A stretch of DNA of 64,000 nucleotides. Source: Ferruginibacter sp. Its GTDB lineage: Bacteria > Bacteroidota > Bacteroidia > Chitinophagales > Chitinophagaceae. The stretch covers positions 6,961 through 70,960 of the forward strand of contig JBKJUP010000022.1 of the NCBI GenBank assembly GCA_046590675.1, read 5' to 3'. How positions within the stretch are numbered: the first letter of the stretch is position 1; each line of letters begins with the position of its first letter. The notes beneath the pieces are model-generated. The model did no database searches and was not told the DNA's origin. It worked only from the letters and a program-made list of their open reading frames with translations. The translations under genes were made by a program, and so were the position numbers. Of the stretch, positions 58,680-64,000 are shown piece after piece.

Positions 58680-58698
58680 GTCTATAGAATTAGTAGAC
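58680..58698. promoter_or_regulatory. cys-cluster palindromic operator, copy 4
   Basis: GTCTA-TAGAATTAG-TAGAC, overlapping the -7 element by 1 nt. Confidence 0.75.
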
Positions 58699-58705
58699 AA
58701 ATATA
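58698..58705 (-). promoter_or_regulatory. -7 promoter element of the cys operon
   Basis: Minus-strand TATATTTG exact TAnnTTTG match. Confidence 0.7.
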
Positions 58706-58981
58706 GTATGGAATCGTGATTTAGAAAATTATTTTATTTTATGCGGAAAAAATTAACAGGTATGCAGTGAATTGTGTGTTCAATGTCAATTAGTTAGGTT
58801 CCGGTGAGCGGATTCTGTTTATAATAATTAACGTGACCAGAACCACATCAGGCAAATTTGAAAACAGGAGACTCCTATGGAGTCTATCGCATTTTTTTGT
58901 TACTATTTTTTATAAACAGGCAGCCACTATGTGGCTAAAACCCTTAACCCTTTTACGCCATCTTATGATTTTCCAGTACAT

Positions 58982-59010
58982 AAAAAGCCACGGATCTCTC
59001 CGTGGCTTTT
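58982..59010. terminator. Terminator after lipA
   Basis: AAAAGCCACGG-ATCTCT-CCGTGGCTTTT. Confidence 0.85.
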
Positions 59011-59026
59011 ATTAAGTTTGTTATTA

Positions 59027-59962
59027 TCATAATGCTTTTTCAGCTTCCCATTTGCTTCTTCCCCATCCGGCTATTACATGTTTTTCGCTGTGGTAAGATG
59101 AACGGACCAGGGGACCGCTTTCAACATAATCAAATCCCATATTGTATCCTATTTCTCTCAATTCCTTAAACTCGTCGGGATGTACAAAACGTTGTACCTG
59201 TAAGTGCTTCTTGCTGGGTTGCAGGTATTGACCAATTGTAATAACGTCCACATGGCTGTCACGCAGGTTTTGCATGGTTTCAATAACTTCTTCTTTGGTT
59301 TCACCCAGCCCAAGCATAATGCCGCTTTTAGTACGCATACAGCCTTGCTTTAAAATACGCAGGGTTTCCATACTACGCCAGTACTTAGCTTGTATACGTA
59401 CTTCTTTGGTGAGCCGTTCCACTGTTTCAATATTGTGAGAAACTACTTCGGGAGCAGCATCAATGATGCGTTGAATGTTTTCTGCTTCAGCTTTAAAATC
59501 CGGAATCAGGGTTTCCAAAGTAGTATTTGGGTTCAACGCTTTGATGGCTTTAATGGTATTGTACCAAACGATACTGCCACCATCTTTAATTTCATCTCTG
59601 TCAACTGAAGTAACAACGGCGTGCTTTACTTTCATCAGGTGAATGGCTTCAGCTACCCGTTGTGGTTCGTCCCAATCTACCGGGTCGGGGCGGCCGGTTG
59701 CTACCGCACAAAATCCGCAACTGCGTGTGCAGATATTGCCCAAAATCATAAAGGTTGCTGTGCCCTCACCCCAACACTCGCCCATATTAGGACAATTGCC
59801 ACTTTCGCAAATGGTATGTAATTTATGCTGATCAACTAACCCTCTTACATGTTTATATTCCTCGCCTATCGGCAATTTAACGCGTAGCCAATTTGGCTTT
59901 TTTAGTGGGGAAACTTCCTGCCCTTGCTCTACAACACCATCCAATACCGATAATTCTATCAT
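59027..59962 (-). CDS. lipA: Lipoyl synthase
   Basis: [20 protein letters not shown] radical-SAM motif, RSSYH. Confidence 0.97.
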   Translation of the reverse strand: MIELSVLDGVVEQGQEVSPLKKPNWLRVKLPIGEEYKHVRGLVDQHKLHTICESGNCPNMGECWGEGTATFMILGNICTRSCGFCAVATGRPDPVDWDEPQRVAEAIHLMKVKHAVVTSVDRDEIKDGGSIVWYNTIKAIKALNPNTTLETLIPDFKAEAENIQRIIDAAPEVVSHNIETVERLTKEVRIQAKYWRSMETLRILKQGCMRTKSGIMLGLGETKEEVIETMQNLRDSHVDVITIGQYLQPSKKHLQVQRFVHPDEFKELREIGYNMGFDYVESGPLVRSSYHSEKHVIAGWGRSKWEAEKAL

Positions 59963-60001
59963 TGAATAAAAATTAAATTTTAAAAGAACAACTTGTTTGA
60001 T

Positions 60002-60802
60002 CTACTTACGCCTGCCGAACATGATTGTAACGTAGGCACCAAAAAAGAATTGCTTTGGATCAACGTAGGCTATCTGTGGAACCTTCTTGCTATAAAAATC
60101 TGCAGAAATACCTACTTCCAATGCATTCACCATTTCATTAAATCTACCATAGTCAAACCGAAGTGCAAGTTTAGTATATAATCCCGGAGCAACTGTCATG
60201 TTGCCCCATCCTTTACCTAAGCCTGATCCTGAAACCTGCAATGCCTGCAAGTCGCCGGGGCTGACAAATATGGAACTGTCAGAACTTTCATACCTGATAA
60301 ATTTACGGCCTCCATTGGTAACATCATTTACTTCCAGGAAATAAGGGCGCAATAAACCAAGAGAAATTCCACCACCAATATTTCCGGTAACACTCACACC
60401 ATTGCGGTTGGTTTTGTTACCCAACAAAAGTTGCTGCTGTACGCCAAGTTTTACCGGGTAAAAATAATTGATCTTCCCAAAAATAAATGGAGACGTGGGG
60501 ATGGCTAAGTTCGTTTGTTTTTCTTCTTTCGGATGTTTTCTTTCACTGATTTCCAATTGAAACAGCAATGCTTTCTGAACTGATTTTGCCCTACCAAATT
60601 CAAGGAAAGCTCCATAACCATCGGTATTTAATTTAATTCCAAATGCTGTTTGCTTACGATACGCAATTACGCCTTCTTCTTCTTGTTTAATAAGTTCATT
60701 TATTCGTTGTTTTCTCTCATCTCTTTTTTCCTTTTTTGTTTTCTGAGCAAATGAAGGCAATGCTACAATTATTGCCAGACAAATAAAAAATATTTTACGC
60801 AT
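60002..60802 (-). CDS. Hypothetical secreted/outer-membrane beta-rich protein
   Basis: Signal peptide, alternating beta-strand pattern, aromatic C-terminal strand. Confidence 0.7.
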   Translation of the reverse strand: MRKIFFICLAIIVALPSFAQKTKKEKRDERKQRINELIKQEEEGVIAYRKQTAFGIKLNTDGYGAFLEFGRAKSVQKALLFQLEISERKHPKEEKQTNLAIPTSPFIFGKINYFYPVKLGVQQQLLLGNKTNRNGVSVTGNIGGGISLGLLRPYFLEVNDVTNGGRKFIRYESSDSSIFVSPGDLQALQVSGSGLGKGWGNMTVAPGLYTKLALRFDYGRFNEMVNALEVGISADFYSKKVPQIAYVDPKQFFFGAYVTIMFGRRK

Positions 60803-60843
60803 AATAGCTTTTTACTTCAGTAAATTTATACAAAAATAGTACA

Positions 60844-61245
60844 ATGACAGCAACGATTCAATACCAGGGTAATTTAAGATGCAATGCCACCCATTTACAA
60901 AGCGGATCTATGATTGAAACTGATGCTCCAACCGACAATCGCGGTAAAGGAGAACGATTTTCACCCACCGATACTGTATGCTCTGCACTTGCAACCTGTA
61001 TGGCAACTACAATGGCAATAAAGGCTACAGATATGAATATAGAACTAAAAGGGTTATCGATTGATGTTAAAAAACACATGGCCACCGATCCAAGAAGAAT
61101 TTCTAAAATTGATGTTAAAGTTAAATTCCCCGACGACCTGGTGCTGGAAGAAAAGGATAAAATCATCTTACAGAGGATTGGTGACAATTGCCCGGTTGTA
61201 AAAAGCCTTCATCCCGATATTGAATTAGCCATTAGCTATCAATAA
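60844..61245 (+). CDS. OsmC/YhfA-family protein
   Basis: TDAPTDNRGKGERFSPTD, LATCMAT, CPVVKSLHP. Confidence 0.88.
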   Translation: MTATIQYQGNLRCNATHLQSGSMIETDAPTDNRGKGERFSPTDTVCSALATCMATTMAIKATDMNIELKGLSIDVKKHMATDPRRISKIDVKVKFPDDLVLEEKDKIILQRIGDNCPVVKSLHPDIELAISYQ

Positions 61246-61331
61246 CTCTATTTACGATTTTAATGAACCCAACGGATGTACGAAAAAATTTTAGCTAACT
61301 GATTAAATGAGTACAATAAGATATTTGTTGG

Positions 61332-62606
61332 TCAGTTAGCTTTTGAATTTACCTGCCTTAACAGTTTGTTTCCCACGGCACATTCCAGGCAACGCTTTTC
61401 ATCGCAATACCGGTGTTTTAATTGAATGAGCGCCTGGGAATCCAACGCATTTTTATTTTCAATTCCGAGCCTGGTAAACCCATGGGTGATTTTATTTTTT
61501 TCAGCGTTTAATTGTTCAAGCCAGGAAAGGGCCTTATCCTTAAACACCTGTTCTTTGTGATGCTGGCCATAAGCAAACAACAGTGGCAGCACTGTATTAA
61601 TGATGAGCGTATCTACCATTTGTGTTCCCAGGTTCTTTTCTCTTTTTTTGGTTGGCTCATCGAACCTGTAGTGGTAATGCCAATAATCATTAGCTGTTAC
61701 GGCTAATAATTTTTTTACATCTTTTAAATGCGAGGCTTCCTTTATGGTTGAAAACAAATGAATACTATTGTGGATAAGCATTGACAGTTGCGCCAGCCTA
61801 ACCGTGGGGAAATTGGATGGCCGCATTCTTAAAAAGTGTAATGGAATTTGTGCGGATTGTAGCTTATACTTTTTCTTAAAGAAAAGATATTCTTTTTTTA
61901 AAAGTATGGGATAGTCTTCCTGGAAATCATTTTCAAGTAAACCTGCCTGGCCAAATAAAATGGCCTCGGTTTGATGAATTTGATTTTTATGTTTTGCAAG
62001 AATATTCAAGGGCAATGAACGGGCAATTTTCTCAAAGGCATCGCTGTTAACCGTTACACCAAAATTGCGTGCTATCAGCCACCAGAAGGTTTCTTCCCAG
62101 TGATATTGATTTTGCGCCAGGTAACCGGCAATATTGATCGCTTTCTGCTGTAGCCTTTCAATCATCAATCTTTCCTTCCACGAAATCCATACAATGGGTT
62201 CAACCTGGTGAATCATTTTTTCGCAGGGAATAAATGATTTCGTCTCCATCAACTCCTGGTACCTGGATAATAACAAGTTGGAAATTTTTGCCTGTAGTTC
62301 CAATGCAGGAAAGGGAAGGTTTAGGGCTACATCATTCATCCAAACTACATGCAAAATTACATTCTTATAATTGGAGTCTTTGCTATGTTGATGATCGTGC
62401 CACTGCGATGAATGAACATGTAATTCAATATTGCCTACCCATATCGTATCATTTACCAATATCCGGGCATTCAAAAAATCGGGGCCCTGGTTGGTGTTTA
62501 ATGTACCCGGATTTAAAATGGATAATCGTTCTCCCTCTGAAGTTGCTAATTCATTTTTATTGAAGTACTGAAATTGCCAGATGTATTGAAGCAGTCGCTC
62601 TGTCAT
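61332..62606 (-). CDS. DUF2851-family protein
   Basis: GPDF, WVGNIELH, WHDHQH, VILHVVW, RMRPSNFPTVRLAQL, C-terminal RCLEC. Confidence 0.85.
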   Translation of the reverse strand: MTERLLQYIWQFQYFNKNELATSEGERLSILNPGTLNTNQGPDFLNARILVNDTIWVGNIELHVHSSQWHDHQHSKDSNYKNVILHVVWMNDVALNLPFPALELQAKISNLLLSRYQELMETKSFIPCEKMIHQVEPIVWISWKERLMIERLQQKAINIAGYLAQNQYHWEETFWWLIARNFGVTVNSDAFEKIARSLPLNILAKHKNQIHQTEAILFGQAGLLENDFQEDYPILLKKEYLFFKKKYKLQSAQIPLHFLRMRPSNFPTVRLAQLSMLIHNSIHLFSTIKEASHLKDVKKLLAVTANDYWHYHYRFDEPTKKREKNLGTQMVDTLIINTVLPLLFAYGQHHKEQVFKDKALSWLEQLNAEKNKITHGFTRLGIENKNALDSQALIQLKHRYCDEKRCLECAVGNKLLRQVNSKAN

Positions 62607-62713
62607 GGAAAATAGTTTTACAGTAAAGTGCGGAAATGAGTTGGCTTTTTATACAGCCTCACTAATTTAATATTTTCATTTCAACAATTCAAACTATTTA
62701 TCCATTTTAGTTG

Positions 62714-63292
62714 CTACATCGGCGTAAGTTTTTGAAGTTCCTGCACTACCCTGCTTACGGGCAATCCCATTACGTTATAAAAATCTCCGTTCACAGATTT
62801 GATGCCCACTACACCAATCCATTCCTGGATAGCGTAGGCTCCGGCTTTATCGTAGGGTTTATACTTATCAACGTAAAATATAATTTCTTCTGAACTAAGT
62901 AGATGAAATTCAACGGCGGTAGTATCTGCAAAGGCAACTTCCTGTCCATTATGCAAAATCACCACACCGGTAATTACATGGTGCTTTTCACCGGAAAGAT
63001 CTTTCAGAATTGCGATGGCATCTTCACGGTCTGTTGGCTTGCCTATTACCCTGTCGCCTAACACAACAATGGTATCTGCAGCCAGTATAGGTTTTGTATT
63101 TTGCCTACTGGCTTGTACGGCCAATGCTTTATTTCGGGCAATATGAATGGCAATATCCTGTACCGAAAGATTGGGAGGATACGACTCATCTGTTTCTTCT
63201 ATGATAATTTCAAAATTAACTTCGGCCCACTCCAGTAATTGTTTGCGGCGTGGCGATTGAGATGCCAGGATGATTGGTTGAATTGCAGCCAT
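62714..63292 (-). CDS. maf: Maf-family nucleoside triphosphate pyrophosphatase
   Basis: LASQSPRRKQLL, ADTIV, KAGAYAIQ, NVMGLP. Confidence 0.93.
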   Translation of the reverse strand: MAAIQPIILASQSPRRKQLLEWAEVNFEIIIEETDESYPPNLSVQDIAIHIARNKALAVQASRQNTKPILAADTIVVLGDRVIGKPTDREDAIAILKDLSGEKHHVITGVVILHNGQEVAFADTTAVEFHLLSSEEIIFYVDKYKPYDKAGAYAIQEWIGVVGIKSVNGDFYNVMGLPVSRVVQELQKLTPM

Positions 63293-63347
63293 CTAACGAT
63301 TGATTGATTGGTATAAAGTTGAAGAAAAAATTACGACTTCCGTAAAA

Positions 63348-64000
63348 TCACACATGTGTTTTAAATAATAACATGGATACAATGCCCGCTAACATAACAA
63401 ACTTTACCCATGTGCTGATGCGATGATATTCCGGGGCAGTTTGCGCTTTATAAAATTTTTTTAATAACCAGGTAAGCGGAACTACTACAATTAGTAAGGC
63501 ATACAATGCGCTTATCCACCAGCCCAATTGTAATACATAAATAAGCACTACCAGCAATGCACCAATTAATACTACCAGCCATACACCTACAAATACTTTT
63601 GCCGCAGGCACCCCCCAAACAATGGGCATTGTTTTACAATTGTATCGGCTATCGCCATTAATATCTTCAATATCTTTTACCACCTCCCTTATCAAAGAAA
63701 TGATAAAAGCAAAGCCGGCATATAAAACAGCATATTTATAAATAGACTGCATGCCCGAATGTAAACCGGTTCTTATAAACGGACTCAACGTTAAAGTGGT
63801 ATTGGTGGCAAAATAAAGTACCATAATTGTCCAGCCGGTTAAAGCGGAAATGATGATATTGCCTGACAGTAATTTCTTTTTAAATGTAGTAGAATATACC
63901 CATAGCAGTAATGCACAAACGCAGTTAGCTATCAAAATGATAAAACTTGTTTTTATGGAAACATACAAACTGATGAGCAGGCCGGCAAACGTAATAAACA
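63348..64000 (-). CDS. UbiA-family prenyltransferase (DGGGPS-like), partial
   Basis: Multi-TM; LIREVVKDIEDINGD second Asp-rich motif; 5' end outside window. Confidence 0.8.
   Translation of the reverse strand, partial: FITFAGLLISLYVSIKTSFIILIANCVCALLLWVYSTTFKKKLLSGNIIISALTGWTIMVLYFATNTTLTLSPFIRTGLHSGMQSIYKYAVLYAGFAFIISLIREVVKDIEDINGDSRYNCKTMPIVWGVPAAKVFVGVWLVVLIGALLVVLIYVLQLGWWISALYALLIVVVPLTWLLKKFYKAQTAPEYHRISTWVKFVMLAGIVSMLLFKTHV

Overview
A 64-kb chromosomal segment from a Bacteroidota genome, probably Chitinophagaceae-like. The basis is TAnnTTTG -7 promoter elements, a T9SS cargo protein, TonB-dependent receptors, type-B L31 and bacilliredoxin-family genes. It is mostly core metabolism: thrABC, ppc, a complete hisGDCBHAF(IE) operon, malQ, tpiA, rpmE, yajQ, lgt, speA, rpmI-rplT, ung, lipA and maf. 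It also carries a ~15-kb sulfate-assimilation cluster (cysH-D-N-E-K-cobA-cysJ-cysI, a CysG(B)-TauE fusion and a TonB-dependent receptor). I found no transposase, integrase, prophage, rRNA, tRNA or CRISPR array. The most interesting signal is in sequence the ORF track misses. Four amino-acid-specific leader ORFs precede biosynthetic or transport units: His-rich (with a classical terminator), Thr/Ile-rich, and two Cys-containing ones, upstream of cysH (MASNPQIMYMCKCCSSIRCC) and of the TonB receptor (MRRLLLNRCCR). A palindromic GTCTA-N9-TAGAC motif occurs four times at gene starts within the cys cluster, once overlapping the -7 promoter. Together these suggest a two-layer sulfur regulon (repressor plus cysteine-sensing leader). 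Three families of short dispersed REP-like repeats, two unannotated small proteins, an orphan immunity-like gene and a frameshifted NTF2 gene are also present. All product calls come from reading motifs by eye; no database searches were run.
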